A DNA stretch of 64,000 nucleotides from Catajapyx aquilonaris (Eukaryota): assembly GCA_000934665.2 (NCBI GenBank), contig KZ538469.1, positions 1 through 64,000 on the forward strand, given 5' to 3'. Below, in pieces: positions 10,598 to 23,358 of this stretch; position 1 is the stretch's first letter, and every line of letters begins with the position of its first letter. The position numbers and the translations under genes were made by a program. The notes under the pieces were generated by a model, which saw only the letters and a list, made by a program, of their open reading frames with translations, did no database searches and was not told the origin of the DNA.

Positions 10598-13500
10598 ACC
10601 TTAGGAGCAACAAATGTAACAACACCAAAATTCTGCGCCCCACCCCGAGGTTTTAAAATAAATAAAAAGTGTTTGCAAAAGTGTGCTGGTTGAAAGTGAA
10701 GCCCTCCCCCATGTAATATATTGTTTTAAAAAAAATAAGTGGGTAAAAGCTGCCTACGAGCAAAGAGGAGCCACTGTTGATTTGCATGTTGTGATTGAAT
10801 CCTTTTTGGGCTTTCAAGCATCACATTTCTGTAAACCGAATTTAAGAAAACTGCGATCAACATTCCATGTACTGTTTTCCCAGAAAAATGTATTAGTTGA
10901 CAGATTGCCTGTGACTTATTTCCGAATGGGTTAAATGGAGTACTTTGGTAGGAAAAAAAAAAATTGTCTGCACTGCCCCTGCATATATGCCCTCCCCCAG
11001 AAAATAATTCCTCCACATCCCGACACTCATTTCCAGATGCCCTAGTCGTTAAAAGAAAAAAAGCGCTGTGCTTGTTAAGTGTTCTTAATGTGTATGTGTT
11101 GAGACATGTGACGTGTGACCCTCAATTCCTGAAAAGTCCCCCCTTCTTCACACTACTACGCTGGGTATGTCTGACGCCCCCAAAACTCATCGATCTTGTC
11201 ATTGCATTTATTTGTGCCCCGAAAAGATTTTTGGGAGGGTATGCCAGATATGTTAAAAGGAGCGTTGACATTTGTTTTTCGGGGGAAAAAAGGCATACAC
11301 GTAAATAGTTTAAAAAAAACATAGTCCCAACCTTTCACCCCCCCACGTTGTGCAGTAGTATCACCTCCCCCTTCTTTGGAAGAAAAGGAAAATATAGTTA
11401 ATGTGAATATTGTACATTAAAAATGATCAGCAGTTATTGTTTTTCCTCAGTCTTCACAAATATGATGTCGAATCGGTGTAATGACAGAAGCAGTGAAAAA
11501 ATAAAAATATTTAAACAGCGTGTCCATCCCCCTCGAGAGAGACTTCTAGTTCATTCCGGATAAGAGTAACCTATCTTTTATCTGATTGCTTAGCCTGGGT
11601 TCCGTTTGTGGTTGTGTCACTGGCGGGCGTAGCAAATTATATGTTTAATTCTGAGCCACCGGTATTGCACAACTTTGGGCGGGCCACGTGAACAATAAGC
11701 CTTGTGCCGATTAATTCATGATGAGTGTGACAAAATTCTGATTGAGTGTGATGCCCTCCCGTATCTAATCAGCAGGGAAAATACATGAACGTCATTGAAT
11801 CAACTGTTGGTAATATTTTTGTATGAATGTACAGGTCCTGCTGTGTATTCAGGAAAGAAAAACTTATCTCGCAACAATCCAAGGGCATCACATGAGGCTG
11901 CGTTTCACCCATTCATTACACTACAAGGATAGGAAAAAAAATATGGGAACAGTATTAGCAGCGTGTTGGGCAATAGACGCAAAGATTAAGTTCATCCCGG
12001 GTTGTTACCTGTCGACAGAACAATAGTCACATTGTCTATCACACCTGCAGGATCCATAGGCTCTATTAAATGCATCTACCCATTGAATCGTATTGATAGC
12101 TGGTTTACTTTATTATGGAAATTTCCCACACTGTTACATGAATGAACAATCTGTACCTAGACATATCGCATGCTTTCCCAGTGTTTGCGCAGAAAAAAAG
12201 AATTACACGCAACGTACAGTATTTTTATAATCATGAAATTGTTAGAGTCCGGTCACAGTATGTACTCCAAAAAAAAGTACAGTACAGCCTTGAGACTAAT
12301 ATGATCCGTGGTTACGAATAAGTGAATGCTAAACATTATTTAACACAATTTTACTGGTCACCGTGCAAGGTCGTGGGCATTAGTTATGGCGTAATAGTCA
12401 CGGGCTTCCGGATTAGTGACGCCAGTGTTTATCCTATGACTAGGATCACTTTTGAAAGGAAGGAAGGAAATAATATATAGACGAGTTTGCGCTCAAGTCC
12501 GATCGATTGGGAGGGCCAGACTCATTCGGTTTTTCTATTTTTGGAAGTCGCATACCAGGGGAAGGATCACGCTTTTGGGGGTGACTGTACCCGGATTATT
12601 TGTCACTGGCGCCTGAGTCACGATCACGCGGAATTTTTGGGACAGCTTCAGGCCCAAATGTTCAAGGTTAAACAGAAAATTTTGGGATTGGTTTTTTGGT
12701 TTGGAAAAATATGTAAGAATTTTGGTGACTATGTTTGGTGATTCAGTGATGTTGCTGGTGTAAAATCCAGAGAGTCACGCAGGACGTACCGTTTGATAAG
12801 AGTTGATAGTTTCATAACAAGGCGTATCTATCAGAAACAGTTATTCCAAAGGCTTTTGTATCTTTCAGATTGCAATTATCACGTTTGGTGACATACTTGC
12901 AATCTATGCCAGATGTAGTCCAGTGTACATGTTTGGCCATTCCAATTTATGGCTAATAAATGTAAGAGCTAAGTACAGCGTAAATTTGTTGATGTGGCAT
13001 GTAATTGGTCGGATTGTTAGCACGTAATACAGTATTGACTTGTAGATATGGTTGTATTAAGAGGAGGAAAACTACTGTGCGGCCGCTTGTAACTTCCTCA
13101 TTTGTACAATTAAACGATGGGAAACTTCTTATGGATCACGGCAATTGCAACGTGTACATTCAAGTCGTACTGTTCTGACAAAAAATTGTGGACAGTTGCT
13201 GTATTGTTGGCTCATTACATCTTGTTAATTACCATCGTCTGTACATCTTTCCTGCATATTCGGTTGGTCATTATTTAATTAAGCAGCCCACTTTTCACGA
13301 CTTGTGGTTGTAATTGTTGGAAACAGTAGGCCCAACAATTGCGATGGATCTGCGGCCAAGTATTTCTGTTGTTGTGTAATCAGTCCTTGGAATATTGCCT
13401 TGTTGTTATATCAGGGCTGATAATCACGTGGAATACCCACATTGTCATTAGGCATGCTGATAACGGAGTCTGAATCGCTTGGCTAGCAATGAACTGTAAG

Positions 13501-16500
13501 TGCCTGTTGACAAAAAATCACAGATTGGTTAAAAAGGATTAACGCATTTACCTTCAAGTCCAGTATGTGTACGATGCACTTCACGTTGTGTTTTCAGCTT
13601 GGTTCGGGGTTATTAAAAGAACATGGTTCTTTCCTGGAATTCCTTATATTTCTTGAATATTCCAACATAATACATACAAAATAAAAAACGTTCATTGTTT
13701 ACTGCCACGCCACATCCATAAAACTGTGTAGAAATACAAGTTTGCGTATAGTTTTTTTAAAGTTTTTTTGGCAAGAAACATAGCACCTTTACCGTGTGCT
13801 AGAAAAATGCCTGCTATTGCCCTAAATCCCTATAAAATATTGTTAACAGAGGAATTTGGCATTACAATCAACTTTCTTTTTTTTTTCTACAACAGACACA
13901 GCTCTTCTACAAACTTGGGTCACAAAAAAAAGGCTTAATATTACAGTACAATTTTTCTCTTGGTATCAACAAGTATACTATTATTATTTTTTTCTTCCAC
14001 GATTTTTTTTTTGTGTCATTTTTATTTTTTTAAATTTCACCCCACCTCACTTCGGTGTAACTACTCAAGTCACGTTGGGCCTACTGAACAATGTTCTGTA
14101 CAATATGATTCTGGACCCTCTCATTTTTTTCTTCTTCTTCTTGTCACCTGCTTAGGGTATAAAAAATGGAAGTAGTCGAGATTTTTAGTCCCATGCCATC
14201 TTTTTCCGATCCATCCACTTCGTTCTCCTGAGTGCAGTTTTTTTTTGCATTTTCTATCTTCTCATCTACCATGAATTTTTACACATGCACAAAAGGGGCT
14301 GTGAACCAGGAGTATAACATTAAAATCGCTGTAAGTAGACATCTTTGAGTTGACAACAAACTTTGCATCACTTGAAATTTGTACACCTTTTTTCTTTTCT
14401 TTTTTGCTGCTGCTGCTTTCTAGTTGCATCGCTTTCATTTTCAGAGAAAACTAGGCTTCCCAACAGTAAAAGATGCACGTCGGTGGGATCTACTTCGATA
14501 GCTGCCGACAAGATCTCTCTAAAATAAAAGAATGACTGATAACAATAAATTAATAAGAGAAGTGGCAGTGTTAGGCTGCGGACCTTTTTTTTTCCTTTAA
14601 AAACTCCCCAAGTTTTGTAGTAAAACGTTATGGAAAACCTTGCTTCCTCAAAACGGAAGCTGCAACTGTCAGCCCACATTCCAGGAGCTCATATTTTTTT
14701 TATGGTACACACATACACTCACACATAATAGAACCCCCATATATACAGAGAAAAAAAAACAAAAACTTATTGTACTTACATCAAATTGGCAGCACCAAAG
14801 TCACAGTTCACAGCCCCTTAGTATTTTTTATTAAATACAAATTTGATGGGAGCTGCGTCTTTTAAAAAACTCTCGACACCATCCGCAAAAAAAAAAAAAA
14901 AATGTGGTTCAATTCGGAAGGTCCTGGTCCCATTTGCAAAATGGCCTGTGCTTGAATTTTTTTTTGGTTCATCAGCTATCTCACTGTTCACTTTTCAATT
15001 TCTCTCTAAAAGGTGACAAAAGCTTGGTCCCTCATTGTATAGTTAACAGGCCAAGTTAGGAGCCTTCTTTATTGACCTCACGTGTAATGCTTGTTGTCCT
15101 GTTGTGTGGCAGGAAAGACCAAGGATTGCAAAGAGAACCGTTTGCATTAAGTGAATTGCAAAGGGGGTGGGAGACGATTGAGGCTTGCGAGTCAGAAACG
15201 TATCACAATTTTGCCATATATATCCCGGGGAGAATAATAACTGGATAATTCAATTAAACGCTTGAATTTCCATCGGAAGAATTTTGGCTTGGGTTTTACG
15301 ACTGGTTGCAGCAGGGTACGGGGCACTTGTGCTCGGACAATAAATGGTGGCGGTAGCAAAGGGAATACATGAGACAGGGAGTAAAGATCCTTGGGAGACG
15401 AGGGACACAACAGCTACTGCATAGAAGTGGGAATAGAGGCAATTGGAAAGAAAGAAATCACCAATTTCTGGGGGAGATTGGAAAAAAGAAATCCGCGAAG
15501 TTTGTAGTTATAAGGCACATGTTACGCGGCAAGTAGGTAGGTGGCGAAGCAATGTGTGAGTGAAGTTTTCAAACGTGTTTCAGAATGAAGAGATAACAAT
15601 TTTTTTGCGGAGCAGCAAAAAAGGCGACATGGCTCAGGGGAGCAAAACAGCATAGTAATATGCATATTTACGAGTACAAAGGTTTCCATTTTTGTGTCTC
15701 TCTCATTTTATCTCCTGCAATAATGCACATAACGGCCAGTGTTAAGACTTCAACTTGCACCTACATTTCTCCCTCTCAACTACCGCATTTATGTGCTCAC
15801 CGAGTTCTATACATAACAGTAGACTCTAACAACTGTCTGGTCCAATTCAGATTCCTCGTCAAGTGAGTATTTACCAAAAAGCCACATTACGTGGCTATTA
15901 TTGTTACTGTTCGACCATAAGGTCGTGCATTGGTCCTGAATCTGCTGCCTACAGAAAAAAATTATGCTGTACTACACTGTGCATTGCATTCACAGCTTTC
16001 TTGATCAAATGGCAGTAATATGCTCACAGCTCACTTACGTTAATGTCAAAAACTGTGTACAACACAACAGCACTATTCATGAAGTCACATTAAATTTATA
16101 GGTGAAAATAAGGTGCTACGTCATTTTAAAAATTCTGTATCAATTGCTTGCTTCATATTCATCACTCGTAATAAAACGTTGCATATTGTGAAAAATCATT
16201 GCTCTACTACCCCATACCGAACCATATCCCATTTTGATGTGTGGCAAATTTTTACGTTCGTTAATTCTGAAACACGTTCAAATCGAGGGGTGACTACGGT
16301 AATAGCCAATATGCATATTTGTGACAATTTTTGGCTCGCATGTCCTGATTTTTGCATACTTCAGCCCATAGTTACGTTTCACTAGTAGGTTCTGCAGTAA
16401 CTGACCTCCAAAACAAATTGTATCTGTACCAGTAGTCAGAGCGGTCCTTTCACATAAATGCAGAGACTGCTGGTCGTTCTCAACAACTCCGTAACTCAAA

Positions 16501-16902
16501 AACTTCCTGCTGATTGTCAAGTTCACACTTTTTTGTTTTAAAATCAACGATTGCCTGCACTTTTATAAACTTCCAGCCTCTCGGATGGCAAAATTGTCCA
16601 TGAGACGATGAAATGAGGATAAAACAGAAAATTAAGGAGAACAAACAAATCTGTTGGCAAAAAGCTCACAAAAATATACATGTACAACTATTTCTACACA
16701 AACAGGGAGGGGCCCTATGCAATAACATATTCTCTCTTGGATTATTCTGCAAAAATGGAAATCTTTAAAAATCTTCATATAAAACATGCAGTTTGTCTTG
16801 TATTGTGAAGGAGGGGGTAGCCTCTAATTAAAAAATACTTCTGAGAAAAATTGGGCGCCATATTTTGTAGTGTGTGTGTATGTCTTTGTTTTGTTTTTAT
16901 TT

Positions 16903-19900
16903 TTAAATGCCATCCAAGAGGCTGAAGCCTTCACTGGAGTTGAAGGAGTTGAGTAGTTCTTGCGCGTCGGTTGAAAAATGGCTGCTGTCCGAGGTGGGAA
17001 TGTTGTCCAGGAACTCCAGGTTGAAATCACTGGCCGACGGAGCCTGTGAGGCAGATTGCTGTGGTTGCGACTGCTGTTGTTGGGGTTGCTGTTGCTGCTG
17101 TTGCTGATGCGGCACACCACTGCCATAATTGACCTGAGAGCCTGTCATTGAAACTGACTGGGACATCTGAATGTTCATGTGCATCTGGAAGAAAAAGGTT
17201 TAATCAACAATGTGCCAGCACAAAGTGCTTGGTAAAGTAATTATCTTGTAACGGCGATACTTGTGACAAACTATTATTGTGGAAACAGACCTGCTGATTT
17301 GGTGGTGCTTGACCTGGTCCTGGTCCTGTTTGTTGCATGCCCATGGACTGCTGAGCCATGAGTTGTTGAAGAGGGCCATTGGTAGGGACGGAAAGGGTCT
17401 GTGCTCGAACCAACTGTTGGTGCTGCTGCTGTTGGTGGTGTTGCTGCTGCTGTTGTTGCATCGCATTTGGACCTTGCATTGGGAAGGAACCTGCCAACAA
17501 GTGACCACGTTAATTCACCTGTCTTTATACTATCGCACAGAGTAAAAATTAAAAATAAATTACCATATTTGACGACAAGTATAGGATTCACTTTTCCAAC
17601 CAAAAAATTGCTTTAAAAATCGCCCTAGGAATATGATCTGCTGAAATGGGGGTGCGTCTTATATGCCATCAAATACGGTCAATAAAAGTAGTAAACTGAA
17701 AGGGTTTTGCATGAAATCAGGTTCGGAAGAGCAATAATATTGTTTGCTGGGGCCCGCATCCCAAATAATGTTATCCAAGAAAGCCAGAGTGATGTCGTGA
17801 TCTTCCATAACGAAGTGGAACAGGAAGCTCTTGCACAACAGTGGCCTTTGCAGGAGAGGGCTGTTCACAAACTAGAGTGGCTAATCTGGAGTTCTCTGAA
17901 GGTCCTCCAAACGCAATGCTACAGCAATGTAGATGCTCAAGTAAATTACTTGTCGAGTGAGCTGCATTAGTGAAATTACTGTGTGATGTTAGCAATAAAA
18001 TGTACAAGATCTTTTGGTTATGCAGGTGGCAACGAATTGACAGATCGCATCGTATAGGCAGCAAAATATCATTTACGCTGGTGGAACTTTTTGACTATGG
18101 ACAGGTTGTATGAAGGCTCCAGAACATGGCATTGAACTAACTCTGTTGGGCATGCTGAGGGAAGCTGGGCCTGAGCTGGTTCATCTGCTGCCCTGGGAAG
18201 CGCTGCTGCTGCATCATCATCTGCGGGGGCGGCCAGTCCGACCTGCCTGCCCCCCTGGCTGCTGCAACTGCCGCTGCCATCATGTCCGTGCCCATGGTCA
18301 CGTTGGGTGGCCTCTGCATCATCCCCTGTCCGGAGGCAAACCCTGGCCTCGGAGGTGGCCCCTGAGCCATTCCCATCTGCGGCTGGTACCCCGCCTGAGG
18401 CATCATTGTCTGCTGCCTCATCATGGGACCAGAAGGTGGCATCTGCTGCATTGACTGGCCTGCTACCTGCCCCATCTGCGGCCGGAGTTGGCCACGGAGG
18501 TTGGCCGCTGGAAACCGGTGCTGCGCCTGTTGTTGTGCCTGAGCCTGCGCCTGTTGCTGGGCTTGCTGCTGCGCCTGGGCCAACATGGACATTATGGCAG
18601 GGCTGTTCCGCATGGAGGACTGCGGTTGGGATGTTGGCTGTGGCGATGCCTGTGACGGAGGGGGTGTCTGCTGCGGACGTATCATGGCTTTGTACTCGGG
18701 TGGTGGCCTCCTCTGCGGCTGCTGCTGCGGCTGGGGAGACTGCCTCTGCTGGGTCTGCTGCTGTTGCTGCTGCTGGAGCATCTGCACCCGCATCATCTGC
18801 TGGCGCATCTTCTGCATCTCCAGGGTGTTGGCAGCTGCACGTGACGGATCCATCGCCCTCATCCCACCCATCACTCCCAGAGGGCCTCTTGGACCTGGAG
18901 CGGGGCCTGGGTTAGCCCCCATTCCGCCAGGTTGCGTCATTCTGAGGTGTTGCTGGGTGAAGTTGATGGTCTGCGCCTGAGACACACTGAAGGAATCTGG
19001 AGAGTGGGTTTGGGGTTGGGGTTGTTGCTGCTGCGGCTGCTGCTGCTGCTGCTGCTGCTGCGGTGGAGGTTGTTGCTGTTGCTGCGAGGGTTGCTGCTGC
19101 TGCTGCTGAGGTGGCTGTTGTTGCTGCTGTTGGTAGAAGAGGCTCTGCTGTTGGGCAGCCGCAACAGTCATGGTCGGCCCAGGAGCTTGCCCAGGACCCG
19201 GTGCACCACCGCCAGATGCTCCAGGTTTGATGTCCACCCCCATCTGCATATGTTGGGCCGCAGACACCTGGAAAACATAATTAATTAATCACCACTGCTA
19301 ATAAAACAGTCACTTAATGTAAATAATTTTCAACGAGGCATAACAGTGGCACGCTCACGGGATTGTCACACCTCCGGTGCACCAAAAAATGCCAGTAATG
19401 CAGGGCATTCTCCACTCAGCTTATAAAGACAGATAGCTACTGGGCAGACGTAATAAAAACATGCCAAGCACATTCTTTGTCACACTGACATTACGCAACC
19501 TCAGTGACTGATTGTGCATTGCAGTGCGTAGTGCAAAGCTCCCCACATTCCGCTAGTATTTACGACCAATTTCTCTAACCGTTGTTAAAAAAGTACCTGT
19601 AGTTTAATCATAATCTCCAAACTTACATTATGTACTATTCAACAATTATGAAAAGAGTGGAATTTAAACTTCCCGCCAATGCAACGTAGCAGTGCACGGT
19701 CGAACGTGACCGCAAACGAAACGTGAGTGGTTCAAGCCCTGTTTCTCCATCAATTTCTATCCCAAACGTGTCCCGTGTGAACGAGTCCCTTTCGTCTCTT
19801 CTTTTGGCGGGAGACGTACTGTACAGTACTGGCAGAGTCCTTCCCATCAGAAGGATGGTTTGGGGAGGGCTACCCTTTTGACCGGCGCTTCCGTTACACA

Positions 19901-21491
19901 GGCATCGATTTTCGTCTTTGGCCGTAAGCCGAGAGGTCCCACCCCGGAACCCGGGCTCTTCCCGGAACACCCCCCNCCCCCCCCCCCTTTCCCGCCTCCT
20001 CCAGGAAAAAAACCCTCCCGGGAATGTAAAAGAAAGAGAACCCAAAAGAAAGAGACGGCATCGCGAAAAAAAAGAGGGTAAGGCACCTGATATCTGAAGC
20101 CTCATTATGCTAAATTCTTCAAAAGAAAAAAAAGAAATTGGCAAAACTCGTCCAGTGAAAAATATTCAAACATTTCGTACGAGCCCTATTCCCCTATACT
20201 ATATTTTATCCAATAAATTTTCTGAATCTATCTGTAATAACACCAGTTCATATTTTTATTATTATAAATAGGCACATAAATTAGTATATTACATACAGAA
20301 TTGGCTATCCGTGACTCTGTCCCTATACAAGTAGGTGCATGTAGTTATCACCTTCCCCATTCAATAATGATAGGACAAATGTTCACTCTCTATGGCGGTC
20401 ACACTTCAACTGAGTCGAGGCACGTGCTGGTGGGCTTTGTCCGCGCAAACTCATCACCAACGTGCATGTAGTTCAGCTTTCCCCCTGAGAGCGGCAGTTA
20501 GTGACAACTGGTAGTGACCTATCGTACTACGTCCAAGTGTGGGACGTGTTGCCAGATTTTACAATTGGTTCAGTACTAGTAAATACATAAAGAATACGAC
20601 AGGGTTGCGAGTACAGGTTTAATACGAGCGGTGCTTACGAATTGAGACTCGTAAGTGCGAGTAGAACCGATGAGAGGGGCGGGGAGGGGTGAGATAATCC
20701 TGTCTGCGGTTTTAAACACAGGCCAGCTGTTGTCTGCCAATCGATTTCGGTTCGAGCTTGCTCGGGCTTTTTAGTGGCCACAAAAGTTACCTGAGAGGGC
20801 AATAAGGAACCGCAAGGCACCCCACCCATACCCCTTCCCTTCGAAATGTTATTCGCACTCCAGGGAAATTTGCGCCCAGGATTTTTTTAAAAAAAAGTCA
20901 AACGCATACCCACGCACAATAAGACGTTGTTTAAAAAAAAAATCCGGGACTCAAATTGAGTTCAATCTTCTTCACCTGGGAGGGTTCATATTTGACGCTA
21001 ATTCCCCCGTTTCAGATTCAACGCCCGGTCGATTTTCATCCAAGAATAATCCGGACGGAGGGGTCCCGCAAACTTGGCACATTACTGATTCATTGGAAGT
21101 CGTTGACTTTTCTTTTTGCAGATGACAAGGTGATCTCGATGCCAGCACGTTATAGAAAATTTTCACCTGTCAATATTTGCACGTTATGGGTCAATATAAT
21201 GGACAGCACTCTAGCAATAAATGTACAACCTAATATCCGGATAGCTGCTACTTATATTTAACGGCTAAATATTAGCTGCAGTTGGCGTTCCCAGCCTTCT
21301 CCCTTGCTCGTTCTCCGAATTTAATATTATATATTGTATATACGGTATATATTATATATAATATATATAAAAAAAGAGCGTGCCCTCCCGTGAAATCCGG
21401 AGGCAAAGCTGCGACACTGGGGCTCCCGCAAAATCCGAATCCCTCGGAAGCTATTGATTTGCCATAGGTAGCAGAGAGGGAGAGAGCCAGG

Positions 21492-21556
<65 letters not shown>

Positions 21557-23327
21557 GTGAGGGGGCCAAGCTCTCTCTTTTCGGGGGAGGCCTCAAAGCC
21601 AGACTCGCAGAGAGGGGGCTGCTGTGGATGCCATTTACAGGCCAACGGAATTGGGGGAGAGAGAGAGAAAAGACAGGCCCGAATAATATGCACCTTCATT
21701 ATCAGGTGACATCAGGGTGACACCCAAGGTGACACCAGTTCACAAATCAGAAAAAAAAAATTTACATCATATTAGCAACTAATGTAACATACATGTAGCT
21801 ATTACAATATAGCTAACTAGTAGCATAACTACAGGGTGGTCCAAGTTCAAGTGTCGTTTTATAACGGCGATTAATAGCAGTGATTTTGCGATGACGTAGC
21901 AGCGACGCGTAAAATGTCCCACTTCGGCGCATCTTCGGCGCCATCGAAGTGGGCAATTTTACACGTCGCTGCTACGTCATCGTTAAGAGCTTCTATTAAT
22001 CGCCGTTATAAAACGACCCTTGAACTTGGACCACCCTGTATACTAATACAGCATGACCATAACATAACTAATATAACAAGAGTAACTAATATCACTGTCG
22101 GTGAGTAACGTTTTCTATAACAACTCGTTTTCTATAACATAACTTATCTATAACAAAAAGATGTTCTATATAACTAATAAAATGTGTTCTGCAGGGTGGA
22201 CCAACTTCAAGTGTCGTTTTATAACGGCTATTAATAGAAGCGCTTTACGATTGACGTAGCAGCGACGTGTAAAATGGCCCACTTCGATGGCGCCGAAGTG
22301 GGACATTTTACACGTCGCTGCTACGTCATCGCAAAATCACTGCTATTAATCGCCGTTACAAAACGACACTTGGAAGTTGGTCCACCCTGTATAACGTAAC
22401 TAATAAAATGTGTTCTATATAACTAATAAAATGTTCTCTACAACTATAATACAACGTAACTAATATAACTATAATGCAGCATAACTAATAGTGTGTTACA
22501 TGTTCGTGGGTCACTTCTTGATAACTAATATCTCCAGGATAGCAGTTATTTTTTGTAGCTTGTTGTGCTCCTAACCAAGTGTCCCACCCTTGGTCCCGTC
22601 CATTCTAGCTATAGAATGTGGCACATATAACTGATATTGCATAGCTATTGTATAACGTAACTAATATAAGCTGACTAATATACCTCAACTAATAAAACTG
22701 ATATAATGTAACTAATATAAGGTGCTGAATTTTAATCGTAATGTAGGGTGCGGAGCCAGAATGTGGCACGCTCTATCTGGAGGTCAACCTTTATATCAGT
22801 GTGGCTGCAAAGAGGGCCGGAAGTCTCCACATATCCGTCAATTCCGCAAAAGAAAAAAAAAAATTGAGGTTAGAGAGGGAGCTCTCTGCGCGACGAAGAT
22901 ATTATTACGGAGATCGCGAAAGACACACAGGCTGAAGAGAAGAAAAAAAAGAAAAATTTGCTTCAAAGGAAGCTAAAAATAGCTTTTTGCTCCAGCATCT
23001 AGCTCCTGCTGCCCCAGTAATCCGGTGTATATGAACCCAAAAAAGGTGAGGCATATGCTGGGAAGATTTTTTTTTTAAATAATCTCCAGGGGGAGCTTGC
23101 ATAGAAAGGGCATCTTGAGGGGGCAAAGGTCAAGGAAAGGGGTCGTGATGTGTCCACTCTTGGAAACAAACCGAATTGTAAGTCCAACCGCAGACATGTA
23201 AAGATTTGTTTACTCCAGCAACCCGCACATACAGCGACCTTTAACAATTTTGGCAACCACGCTTCTCAAGTGACGATCCGTGCGTAGGTTTGAAGGCGCC
23301 CGAGTGGTCACCATGCAGTATATGCGA

Positions 23328-23358
<31 letters not shown>

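Larger units (their letters stand above)
21770..22720. repeat. Degenerate AT-rich ATAACTAAT-like tandem array hosting two MITEs
   Basis: Recurrent ATAAC/TAACTAATA/TTCTATAAC units on both sides of, and between, the two palindromic elements. Confidence 0.7.

Noticed and set aside
17659..17868. ORF containing DITLAFLDNII, resembling the Mam C-terminal DFNLEFLDNIP
   Set aside because: The match is short and in a different frame from the phase-compatible acceptor, so it is most likely coincidence.
18110..19288. Long plus-strand ORFs over the mam exons (also 36931-38564)
   Set aside because: These are antisense shadows of GC-rich, CAG-repeat coding sequence (poly-L/C/A), with no independent gene signals.
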